Shown: in pieces, positions 1-7,669 of the stretch
Numbering within the stretch: position 1 is the stretch's first letter
Layout: each line of letters opens with the position of its first letter
DNA from: an uncultured Acetatifactor sp.
Lineage (GTDB): Bacteria; Bacillota; Clostridia; Lachnospirales; Lachnospiraceae
Reading direction: 5' to 3'
NCBI GenBank assembly: GCA_964018205.1
Contig: CAXHOW010000001.1
Coordinates: 158,150-222,149, forward strand
Length of the DNA: 64,000 nucleotides
Translations under genes and position numbers: made by a program
Notes under the pieces: generated by a model
What the model was told of the DNA's origin: nothing
Databases searched by the model: none
The model's input: the letters and a program-made list of their open reading frames with translations, nothing else

Positions 1-243
1 CTATTCGTCTCTTTTGCAACATTTTTAAATTATTTCCGAAAGCCGGTAACTGCTATAAAACACATACTGTCTTTCATCCTATCGCTCTACAAGCGATCGT
101 CTTTGAGATATCTGCTGTTTTAAGCCTATATATGTACATCAGATCTATATCCTATATCCTTTTCATCCTAATATTCTACCATAGTATCCCCCCTCACACA
201 AGCATAATCTCGGACGCAACAAACCTATGCGCTCTATTTTTAT

Positions 244-1949
244 CCTGAATCCGTGAACCTCGTTACAAATTGTTTTCCAAACACCGCATATTTTCGGTGT
301 TTGTTGCTTGTTTTATAGTTCAAAATTGTGTACCCAACGGGTGAAAAATAATGCAGTATCTTGAGGGTCATGGTATACTGGGATTAATGAAAAAATAAAT
401 CCCGGAGGTCACCATGAGAAAGAATATCACGGTTGAGTTTACAAATGAGCGCATCATTCCAAGCGGCGGGCTTGCTGTTGTGGGCGCAATCCTTGGCAAG
501 AGCGATTTCGTCAAGAACTGCAATAACATGAAGGTTGACTGTAACCATCCCCAGCATCAGATAAAGAACGGTGATGTCATGCTGACATATATCGGCATGC
601 AATGCATGGGCAAGCCCTCTTTTGATGCCGTGCATGAAATGGATGACGACCCGGATTTTTATAAGGCGGCCCTCGGCGTCTGCTACGCCATCCCCTCTGC
701 GGAGACCCTGCGCCAGCGCTTTGACTTGATCGGCAGCTCCATCCGCAGGCAGATCCTGGACGAGAACATTAAGATGCTAAAATCCAACGGCGTTGTCCCG
801 TCGAAGCTGCCCTGCGGATATGTCCCTGTAGACATGGACGTCTCCCCTTTCGACAATTCGAAGACCTGCAAGGAGGGCGTGTCCCGGACCTACAAAGGCT
901 GCGACGGCTATGCGCCCATGTTTGCCTATATCGGCAGCGAGGGATACCTTGCCAGCCTGGAACTGCGCGAAGGGAAACAGCACTGCCAGAAGGGCACGCC
1001 CCGGTTCCTGGAGGAGACCATCGGCCTCTGCCGCCAGCTGACGGATGAACCCCTGCTCTTCCGGCTTGATTCCGGAAATGATTCCACCGAGAACATCGGC
1101 ATCCTCCTGGAGCGTGGGTGCCATTTCATCATCAAGCGCAACCTCCGTAAAGAAAGCAAAGAGGACTGGCTCAGGATGGCAAAAGACAATTCTCTTGACA
1201 TCACCCACCCCAGGGACGGCAAGGATGTCTATATCGGAAGCGACTGGAAGGAGATCACATACCAGGCGCAGGACGGTACCACGAAGCATGCCACGATCCG
1301 CATGGGATACGAGATCATCGAGCGCACCATTGACAAAAAGGGGCAGTTCCTTCTTATCCCTGACATCGAGGCCAATGTGTGGTGGACCAATACCGGCTTC
1401 ACTGACCGGGAAGTCATCGGGCATTACCATGCCCACGGGGAGAGCGAACAGTTCCACAGCGAGCTGAAGACGGACATGGATCTTGAGCGGCTCCCATCCG
1501 GTAAGTTCGAGACCAATGAGCTGGTGCTGGAGCTTGCCATACTGTCCTACAATATACTGCGCATGATAGGGCAGGAATCGCTCGGGAAAAGGAACCCCCA
1601 TTTGAAACATGCTGTGAAGCGTCGCAGGCAAAGGACGGTCATCAATAACCTGATCAATATGGCATGCCATGTGACGGAACATGCCCGGAAACTGACCATA
1701 GGCTTAGGAAAAAGCAATGTCTGGCGCGATGTCTTCCGGCATGTGTATTATGCCTTTGAATATTTTGCCCTCTAACCCGGATGACAACAGGATATCTGTC
1801 ATTCTCGTCCCTATAGGAACGGGGCTTGTGAATTGATGCCATTTTTATAGAACAATAGGCATTACTACACAAAAATGAGGCATGCCGCCTATGTTTTTAC
1901 CGGATAATTCCATCCGGTTTTAATTTGAGGTCAAGTTCACGGATTCAGG
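244..1949 (+). mobile_element. Complete IS1380-family insertion sequence (1706 bp)
   Basis: Perfect 15-bp terminal inverted repeats CCTGAATCCGTGAAC (244-258) and GTTCACGGATTCAGG (1935-1949). Flanked by the 5-bp direct repeat TTTAT (239-243 and 1950-1954). One transposase ORF inside. Confidence 0.85.
414..1775 (+). CDS. IS1380-family DDE transposase
   Basis: 453 aa. N-terminal SGGLAVVGAIL and central CDGYAPMFAYIGSEGYLASLELREGKQHCQKG resemble IS1380/ISEcp1-type transposases (recalled family features). GGAGG lies 5 nt upstream of the ATG. Confidence 0.85.
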   Translation: MRKNITVEFTNERIIPSGGLAVVGAILGKSDFVKNCNNMKVDCNHPQHQIKNGDVMLTYIGMQCMGKPSFDAVHEMDDDPDFYKAALGVCYAIPSAETLRQRFDLIGSSIRRQILDENIKMLKSNGVVPSKLPCGYVPVDMDVSPFDNSKTCKEGVSRTYKGCDGYAPMFAYIGSEGYLASLELREGKQHCQKGTPRFLEETIGLCRQLTDEPLLFRLDSGNDSTENIGILLERGCHFIIKRNLRKESKEDWLRMAKDNSLDITHPRDGKDVYIGSDWKEITYQAQDGTTKHATIRMGYEIIERTIDKKGQFLLIPDIEANVWWTNTGFTDREVIGHYHAHGESEQFHSELKTDMDLERLPSGKFETNELVLELAILSYNILRMIGQESLGKRNPHLKHAVKRRRQRTVINNLINMACHVTEHARKLTIGLGKSNVWRDVFRHVYYAFEYFAL

Positions 1950-2025
1950 TTTATGTAAAGGAGCGGATTTATGAGCCGAAAACAAGGCAGGGCAAAAGCA
2001 CCGACAGCAAATACACATCTGAGCA

Positions 2026-2054
2026 AACTAGGGGCTTGACAGATGGGAGATGAT
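2026..2054 (+). promoter_or_regulatory. Sigma-A-type promoter candidate for the sugar isomerase gene
   Basis: TTGACA (2026-2031), 17-nt spacer, TATGAT (2049-2054), about 105 nt upstream of the ATG at 2159. Sequence match only. Confidence 0.4.
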
Positions 2055-2158
2055 AATCTATGATGTAAAATGGTTTTGTCAAATAGCTTGCAGCAAGCTG
2101 CATATAAAACGGTTTGGAGATTTCAAGAGTATATGTTACATAACATGGAGGGTAGAAA

Positions 2159-3064
2159 ATGCGCTTAGTCACCACCACGGAAAAGCTTGCCGAGACCTTC
2201 GGCGACGAAGAATGCGTCCGCATTCTGGCAGAGGCCGGTTTCGATGCCATAGACTGGGGGTTCTTTGAGATGTCCGCCGGGAAGGGTATCTGGTGCACGG
2301 AGGACTGGAAGGAGCATGCCCTGCGCCTGAAGGAGCTGGGCGCAGAATACGGTATCGGCTTCAGTCAGGCCCATGCCCCTTTCCCCTCCTCTCAGGGAGA
2401 GGAGCCTGCGGATACCGTCATCAGGGAACGGATCCTGCGCTCTATGTATGCAGCGGCACTGATGGGTATCCGTAATATCGTCGTACATCCCAAGCAGCAC
2501 CTGAACTATGCGAAGGAAAAGGCACGTCTGTGGGAGGAAAATCTGGAATTCTACCGCAGCCTCATTCCCTGCTGCGAAGAATACGGAATCCGCGTCTGCG
2601 CGGAGAATATGTGGCAGTACGACAGCCGCCGCAGATACATCGTGGACAGCGTCTGCTCCCAGCCAGAGGAATTCTGCGGGCTGCTGGACGCTCTGGACAG
2701 CCCATGGATCGTAGGCTGTCTGGATCTGGGACACTGTGCGCTGGTGGGCGTGGAGCCGGAAGACTTTATCCGGGCCATGGGAAAGCATAGGCTGCAGGCC
2801 CTCCATGTCCATGACGTAGATTATCTCCATGACTGCCATACCATGCCTTTCCTGAAAAACCTGAACTGGGAGGCAATCACTCAGGCGCTGGCAGAAATCG
2901 GCTACGAGGGTGATTTTACCTTTGAAGCGGACAGCTTTTACGAAGGCTTTCCCGCACCGCTGATGCGCGATGCCTGCAGACTCATGGAGCGGACCGGCCG
3001 CTATCTCATCAGCAGGATCCAGAAAGCTTCTGAGGCAGGATCCGAAACTCTGCAGCAGAGATAG
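2159..3064 (+). CDS. Sugar phosphate isomerase/epimerase (xylose isomerase-like TIM barrel)
   Basis: 301 aa. GGAGGG RBS. Layout typical of AP-endonuclease-2/xylose-isomerase-like TIM barrels (AGFDAIDW..., HAPF..., VVHP..., CAENM..., LDLGHC..., HVHD...). Confidence 0.75.
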   Translation: MRLVTTTEKLAETFGDEECVRILAEAGFDAIDWGFFEMSAGKGIWCTEDWKEHALRLKELGAEYGIGFSQAHAPFPSSQGEEPADTVIRERILRSMYAAALMGIRNIVVHPKQHLNYAKEKARLWEENLEFYRSLIPCCEEYGIRVCAENMWQYDSRRRYIVDSVCSQPEEFCGLLDALDSPWIVGCLDLGHCALVGVEPEDFIRAMGKHRLQALHVHDVDYLHDCHTMPFLKNLNWEAITQALAEIGYEGDFTFEADSFYEGFPAPLMRDACRLMERTGRYLISRIQKASEAGSETLQQR

Positions 3065-3369
3065 CCTCCAGAAATCTCAGTAAGCAAAATAAGCAAAATC
3101 ATGATCCTGATCCACAATGTGGTCGGATAAGCGGGGCATCAGCAAAAATGCTGTAAGCCCTGCACACAGTCAGTCTGATCTGACACAATTCATATAGGCA
3201 GTTCGAAACCATCCTGCCTTGGAAAGCCCGAACGGGCTTTCCGAAGCTGAATACCTGCGTCAGGGCGCATATACATAAGCATATAAAGCGCTTTCGCAGC
3301 GCAGCAGATCCGAACATGATCCTGCTGCAAGGTATTTTGCTTTAATCAAAACTAGGGGCGTGTCTTAAC

Positions 3370-4065
3370 ATGGAAAGATATAACAAAATTCTAGAAAAAC
3401 AGCAACGGGAAATCGTTCTTCTGCGTGGCAGCGGGTGCGCATACCGAAAATGCACCTTCTGCGATTACCATCTGGACAAATGTACCGATCAGGATGCCAA
3501 TTTCGCTCTGAACCGTCAGGTTCTGGAGATGGTCACTGGGGAATTCGGCGATCTGGAGGTCATAAACAGCGGATCTGTCTTTGAGCTTGACCCAAGGACT
3601 CTCGCTCTGATCAGGGACATATGCCGCAGGAAGGAGATTTCCGTTCTTCATTTCGAATCCCACTACCTCTATAGGAACCAGATTCCGGCACTGAGACAGG
3701 AATTCTACGGACTTGAGCTGAAAATGAAGCTGGGACTGGAGACCTTCGACTACGACTTTCGGGAAAATATACTGAAAAAGGGGATCCGGGAGCATGATCC
3801 TGGTATTATCAGCCGGCACTTTGAAGAAGCAAACTTCCTTTTCGGAATCCGGGGGCAGACCCTCGCCTCCATGGAAAGGGACATCTCTCTGGGACTTGCT
3901 TTCTTTCAGCGGATCTGTGTCAACATCATGTGTGACAATTCCACTCTGGTCAGACCCGACAGAGAGGTCATTTCCCTTTTTGTGAAGGAGCTGTACCCGA
4001 AATACAAGGACAATAGGCGCATTGATATTTTGATCAACAATACTGATTTTGGAGTAGGTGACTGA
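3370..4065 (+). CDS. Small radical-SAM-like protein; candidate queuine lyase (QueL-type)
   Basis: 231 aa with Cys triad C23-X4-C28-X2-C31 (GCAYRKCTFCDY). The stop is 2 nt before the start of the yhhQ-like gene. The functional call rests on gene context plus recalled literature, not on a search. Confidence 0.55.
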   Translation: MERYNKILEKQQREIVLLRGSGCAYRKCTFCDYHLDKCTDQDANFALNRQVLEMVTGEFGDLEVINSGSVFELDPRTLALIRDICRRKEISVLHFESHYLYRNQIPALRQEFYGLELKMKLGLETFDYDFRENILKKGIREHDPGIISRHFEEANFLFGIRGQTLASMERDISLGLAFFQRICVNIMCDNSTLVRPDREVISLFVKELYPKYKDNRRIDILINNTDFGVGD

Positions 4066-4067
4066 TT

Positions 4068-4766
4068 ATGACAAATGAATTATTACTGATAGGCTCTCTG
4101 ATCTTTATTTTTTCCATGGCGCTTGCAGCCTATGGCTTATTCGGCAAGACCGGACTGTACTGCTTGTCCGCCATCGCAACGATTCTGGCAAACATAGAGG
4201 CTCTGATACTGATCAACGCTTTCGGCATGGAGCAGACACTGGGAAACATCTTGTTCGCCGTGACCTTCCTGATAACCGACATCCTCTCCGAGTGCGAGGG
4301 CAAGAAGGCAGCAAACAAGGCCGTTCTGGTCTCCATGTTCGCCTCGGTATTTTTCCTTCTGCTCAGCCAGAGCTGGCTTCTGTATACCCCGAACGAAAAC
4401 GACTGGGCCATGGGTTCTATCAAGGCGGTCTTCTCCAATACCCCCAGAATGCTGCTGGCTTCCTTTGTTGTCTATGCCGCAAGCCAGCTGTTCGATGTAT
4501 GGCTCTATCATAAATGGTGGGCTTTTACGGAAAAAAAGACCGGGGACAAGCGGAAATTCCTCTGGCTGCGCAACAACGGCTCCACCCTTGTGAGCCAGAT
4601 CCTGAATACCCTGCTATTTACCCTCTTTGCCTTCTGGGGCACCTATGACGGGCCTACGCTGCTGTCTATCTTCCTCAGCAGCTATGTGATCTATATTTTC
4701 ACGTCTCTGCTGGATACGCCTATAGTGTATCTGGCAAGAAGGATGCATGAAAGGAAAGCGGGGTGA
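4068..4766 (+). CDS. yhhQ: Queuosine-precursor transporter, YhhQ/VUT (DUF165) family
   Basis: 232 aa polytopic membrane protein. Has TFLITDILSE and a C-terminal SSYVIYIFTSLLDTPIVYLARR typical of the YhhQ family. GGAG RBS. Confidence 0.8.
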   Translation: MTNELLLIGSLIFIFSMALAAYGLFGKTGLYCLSAIATILANIEALILINAFGMEQTLGNILFAVTFLITDILSECEGKKAANKAVLVSMFASVFFLLLSQSWLLYTPNENDWAMGSIKAVFSNTPRMLLASFVVYAASQLFDVWLYHKWWAFTEKKTGDKRKFLWLRNNGSTLVSQILNTLLFTLFAFWGTYDGPTLLSIFLSSYVIYIFTSLLDTPIVYLARRMHERKAG

Positions 4767-4797
4767 AAACCCCGCTGCCATTAGGTGAAACAGCGGG
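4757..4797. terminator. Hairpins between convergent yhhQ and ankyrin genes
   Basis: Alternative stems AGCGGGG/CCCCGCT (4757-4776) and CCCGCTG/CAGCGGG (4771-4797). On the minus strand the second stem is followed by GTTTT. Confidence 0.5.
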
Positions 4798-4824
4798 ATA
4801 TGTATTCCCCATAATCCTCTGCAG

Positions 4825-5790
4825 CTACCCCACTGCCCCCGCCGTCACCAATATCTCGGCAATCTCGGAGAAGCCCTTCCGGGAGGCATAGTACAAGGGC
4901 GTATGCTGGTAATTGTCAGCGATATTCACATCTGCTCCCTTTTCCACCAAAAAAGCCACCACATCATTCTTTCCCTGACAAGCCGCAATGGCAAGCGGCG
5001 TCTCGCCCATGCCGTTCTTGCTGTTCAGGCTGGCGCTGGCACCGACCAGCGTCCTGCACAGATGGAGATTTCCTCTGCCCGCCGCAAAGTGCAGAGGCAT
5101 ACTGCCGTCAAGCAGGCCCTTGTTTACATCCGCTCCCGCCTCCACCAGAATCTGGGCGATCAAAAGATTCCCTCCCTTGCAGGCCAGCATCAGAGGCGTC
5201 TCCCCGCTGTCATTGGCCCCGTTGATGTCCGCAGTCTTGATCAGCTCCTTCACCGCCTCAGACCGGTTATTGTAGCAGGCCTGATGGAGAGCGTTGTTTC
5301 CCCTGCTGTCCGCATTTTTATCGGAGGCCCTTTCAAAGACATCGCACAGGCACCATGCCGCCGCATAGTCCGCCGCATTACGGCCCTCATTGTCCGCTAT
5401 AGACGCATCCGCCCCCTTATCCATGAGAAATCTGGCAGTCTCGCTGCGCCCTGCCTCGATCATATGTATCAGGGGCGTCTTTCCCTCGTTATCTGCGGCG
5501 TTGATATCCGCCCCCGCCTCCAGAAGCATACTTACGATCTCCTTGTTCCCGCTCCGGGACAAGGCATGAAGCGGCGTCAGCCCCTCATTGTTGACCAGTG
5601 CAGCATCCGCGCCTTTCTCCAGCAGCATCCGCACAATGTCTCTGGCACCTTCTCCGCAGGCATAGAACAAGGCCGTGTTTCCCGTCTCGTCCCTTTTGTC
5701 CAGATCGATTCCGCCTTTTTTCAGAAAAGTCTGCACGATGCCCTTCTGGCCGTATCTGCAGGCCACGATCAGATTCATACTGTTGTCCAT
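4825..5790 (-). CDS. Ankyrin-repeat protein (about 9 repeats)
   Basis: 321 aa made of reiterated 33-aa units (G.TPLH.A...G...IV..LLE.GADVN). Confidence 0.85.
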   Translation of the reverse strand: MDNSMNLIVACRYGQKGIVQTFLKKGGIDLDKRDETGNTALFYACGEGARDIVRMLLEKGADAALVNNEGLTPLHALSRSGNKEIVSMLLEAGADINAADNEGKTPLIHMIEAGRSETARFLMDKGADASIADNEGRNAADYAAAWCLCDVFERASDKNADSRGNNALHQACYNNRSEAVKELIKTADINGANDSGETPLMLACKGGNLLIAQILVEAGADVNKGLLDGSMPLHFAAGRGNLHLCRTLVGASASLNSKNGMGETPLAIAACQGKNDVVAFLVEKGADVNIADNYQHTPLYYASRKGFSEIAEILVTAGAVG

Positions 5791-5854
5791 ATCAGCTTAG
5801 TCCTTTCTTTTCTCCTACGATCATTTATCGTTGTGTATGTTATATAGGGATGTC

Positions 5855-6709
5855 TTAACATTCCTTATGTACCTCCGCCTTCACCTTTCCTGAAAAATGC
5901 AGGCACTTCTCCGGACAGGCTCCCACACACTTCCCGCACCGGATACATTCCGGCGACCGGGAAATCTCCTCCGGCCCAAGCTCCACCGGGCAGGCCCTGC
6001 GGCAGGACATACATGAGGTACAGCGTTCCTTTTCCCAATGGACCTGTACAAGGCTGAATCGGTTGAACAGGCCGTAGACCGCCCCCAGAGGACAGAGATA
6101 CTGACAAAACGGCCTATACACCTTTACGGAAAAAATCAGAATGCCCGCCAGTATCCCAAGCTTCCAGTAAAACAGCCCCCCCAGTTCGCTCCGCAGAAGC
6201 TCGTTGGCTCCTATCAGAGGCAGCGCTCCGAAAAGCGTCCCCGACGGACATAGGTATTTGCAAAAGGCAGGAATCTTGGCAAAGCCGCTGAACAAAAACC
6301 ACGATCCTATGCACACCAGAAACACAAGCACCGCGTACTTTCCATATTTCAGCTTATTATGCCATGGCAGCCTCTTTCTCTTCCGAAAGACCGGAATCTT
6401 ATGCAGCAGCTCCTGCACAAGCCCAAAGGGACACAGCCAGCCGCATATGAACCGCCCAAAAAGACTCCCGAAGATGAAGAAAAAGCCGATTACAGCAAAA
6501 GGCACATGAAACCCATCCTGATTCAGCAAAGCCTGCAGCGCCCCTATAGGGCAGGAGCCTATGGCCCCGGGACAGGAATAGCAGTTAAGCCCCGGCACAC
6601 AGACGTATTTCAGCTTCCCCCGGTAAATCTTCCCGCTCACGAACCCGTATAAATATCCATTTGTAAAAAGCGTGAAAAGCAGCTGCACCCAGAGCCGTAT
6701 CTTTTTCAT
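5855..6709 (-). CDS. Polytopic 4Fe-4S binding membrane protein (NapH/MauN-like)
   Basis: 284 aa. Membrane-embedded Cys motifs CYSCPGAIGSCPIG, CPFG, CPSG and CPLG, plus a C-terminal 2x[4Fe-4S] ferredoxin signature (CTSCMSCRRACP ... CIRCGKCVGACP). Confidence 0.8.
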   Translation of the reverse strand: MKKIRLWVQLLFTLFTNGYLYGFVSGKIYRGKLKYVCVPGLNCYSCPGAIGSCPIGALQALLNQDGFHVPFAVIGFFFIFGSLFGRFICGWLCPFGLVQELLHKIPVFRKRKRLPWHNKLKYGKYAVLVFLVCIGSWFLFSGFAKIPAFCKYLCPSGTLFGALPLIGANELLRSELGGLFYWKLGILAGILIFSVKVYRPFCQYLCPLGAVYGLFNRFSLVQVHWEKERCTSCMSCRRACPVELGPEEISRSPECIRCGKCVGACPEKCLHFSGKVKAEVHKEC

Positions 6710-6738
6710 AATATCTTGTATCTCCCCTTTGTTCCCTA

Positions 6739-6770
6739 TATCCGATCCTGATGCGTTCCAGACAGACCAT
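6739..6770. repeat. Degenerate second copy (29/32 nt) of the 3' end of the CXXC-peptide gene
   Basis: TATCCGATCCTGATGCGTTCCAGACAGACCAT (6739-6770) against TATCCGATCCCGATGCATTCCAGACAGATCAT (6823-6854). Confidence 0.8.
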
Positions 6771-6821
6771 TTCCGACCTCTATCTGTCTCGATCCCGTTT
6801 CCAGCAGATCAGCTCCGTCTC

Positions 6822-6974
6822 TTATCCGATCCCGATGCATTCCAGACAGATCATCGCCGCCTTCTCCCAGACCACGGTGAGCTGCTCCTGCCCTGTTCCG
6901 ATCACAAGGAACAGAATCCCTGCAAGCACACCCCACAGCCAGCCTTTCTTTCTACAGCGCTTCCAAAAGCCCAT
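6822..6974 (-). CDS. Unannotated 50-aa single-pass membrane peptide with C-terminal CXXC
   Basis: ATG at 6974 preceded by GGAAGGAG with a 7-nt spacer. Translation: MGFWKRCRKKGWLWGVLAGILFLVIGTGQEQLTVVWEKAAMICLECIGIG. Too short for the ORF track. Resembles, from memory, the short peptides NCBI labels the CD1871A-family CXXC protein. Confidence 0.6.
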   Translation of the reverse strand: MGFWKRCRKKGWLWGVLAGILFLVIGTGQEQLTVVWEKAAMICLECIGIG

Positions 6975-7608
6975 CTATGATCTCCTTCCATACGGATTTC
7001 TCCTTTGCGCCTACTACCGCTCCCAGCACCACTCCGTTCTCGTCAATAAAAAAAGTCGTGGGGACACCTGATACATCCGTCAGCAGCCCATAATATAAGG
7101 ACTCGTTCAAAAGCAGATGGGGATAATCCGCTCCTGTCTGCTCGATCAGGTCAGCAGCCTTGTTCAGTTTCTCTTCCCCTGCTCCTTCCTGCACGTCACT
7201 GATAATCCCGAACAGCTGAAAATCAGCGGAATCATACTCTCCTGCCAGCTCTCCCAGCTCCGGCATCTCTCTGAGACAAGGATTGCAGTAGGTCGCCCAC
7301 ACATTGACCATAGTCAGCCTTGACTGTGCAAAAATGTCCGATGTCACTGTATTTCCGTCCATATCCTGCCCCTCAAAAGTAATCGGATCCGGCATTACCT
7401 CTTCTGAGGACGTTTCCTCCTTTGTTTCCCTGCCGCTGCCAGCCGTTCCCACGTTTCCGTCTCCCGCGCTTTCAGCTCCTCCGTTCTCTGCGTTCTCCGT
7501 TCCTCTGTTTCCGTTTTCTGCACCGTCCGCACTCCCGCATCCGCACAGCATAAACACCGCCAGAATACAGATCAGCAGCTTTAGCCTACGGCCATATTCT
7601 CTTTTCAT
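6952..7608 (-). CDS. TlpA/ResA-family thiol-disulfide oxidoreductase lipoprotein
   Basis: Start moved to the ATG at 7608 (GGGAGG 10 nt upstream). Lipobox-like FMLCGC. G/N/E/S-rich linker. Thioredoxin active site WATYCNPC. Confidence 0.8.
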   Translation of the reverse strand: MKREYGRRLKLLICILAVFMLCGCGSADGAENGNRGTENAENGGAESAGDGNVGTAGSGRETKEETSSEEVMPDPITFEGQDMDGNTVTSDIFAQSRLTMVNVWATYCNPCLREMPELGELAGEYDSADFQLFGIISDVQEGAGEEKLNKAADLIEQTGADYPHLLLNESLYYGLLTDVSGVPTTFFIDENGVVLGAVVGAKEKSVWKEIIDGLLEAL

Positions 7609-7669
7609 GTCAATCCTGCCTCCCTTATACATTTATAATCTTTCGAAATCCCCAGCATACCCCTTCCCC

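Noticed and set aside
1-123. Open frame from the window edge to TAA at 121-123 (LFVSFATFLNYFRKPVTAIKHILSFILSLYKRSSLRYLLF)
   Set aside because: It is only 40 codons of AT-rich sequence with no way to see a start or a domain. It could be the tail of a membrane protein gene, but that is unsupported from this window.
3099-3317. 72-aa minus-strand ORF in the isomerase/radical-SAM spacer
   Set aside because: It has no RBS and an odd composition, and it spans a terminator-like hairpin (GGAAAGCCCGAACGGGCTTTCC, about 3219-3241).
3290-3369. Possible preQ1-I riboswitch upstream of the radical-SAM/yhhQ pair (A-rich tail TAATCAAAACTAGGGG next to the RBS)
   Set aside because: I could not find the required 5-bp P1 stem with the conserved loop C, nor a loop segment to pair with the CUAG tail. 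The resemblance is limited to the A-rich tail, so a covariance-model scan is needed.
6736-6936. 66-aa minus-strand ORF from the track (MGCACRDSVPCDRNRAG...)
   Set aside because: It is in the wrong frame and is Arg/Gly-rich with no RBS. The neighbouring frame gives the SD-preceded 50-aa TM/CXXC peptide, which explains the open region better.
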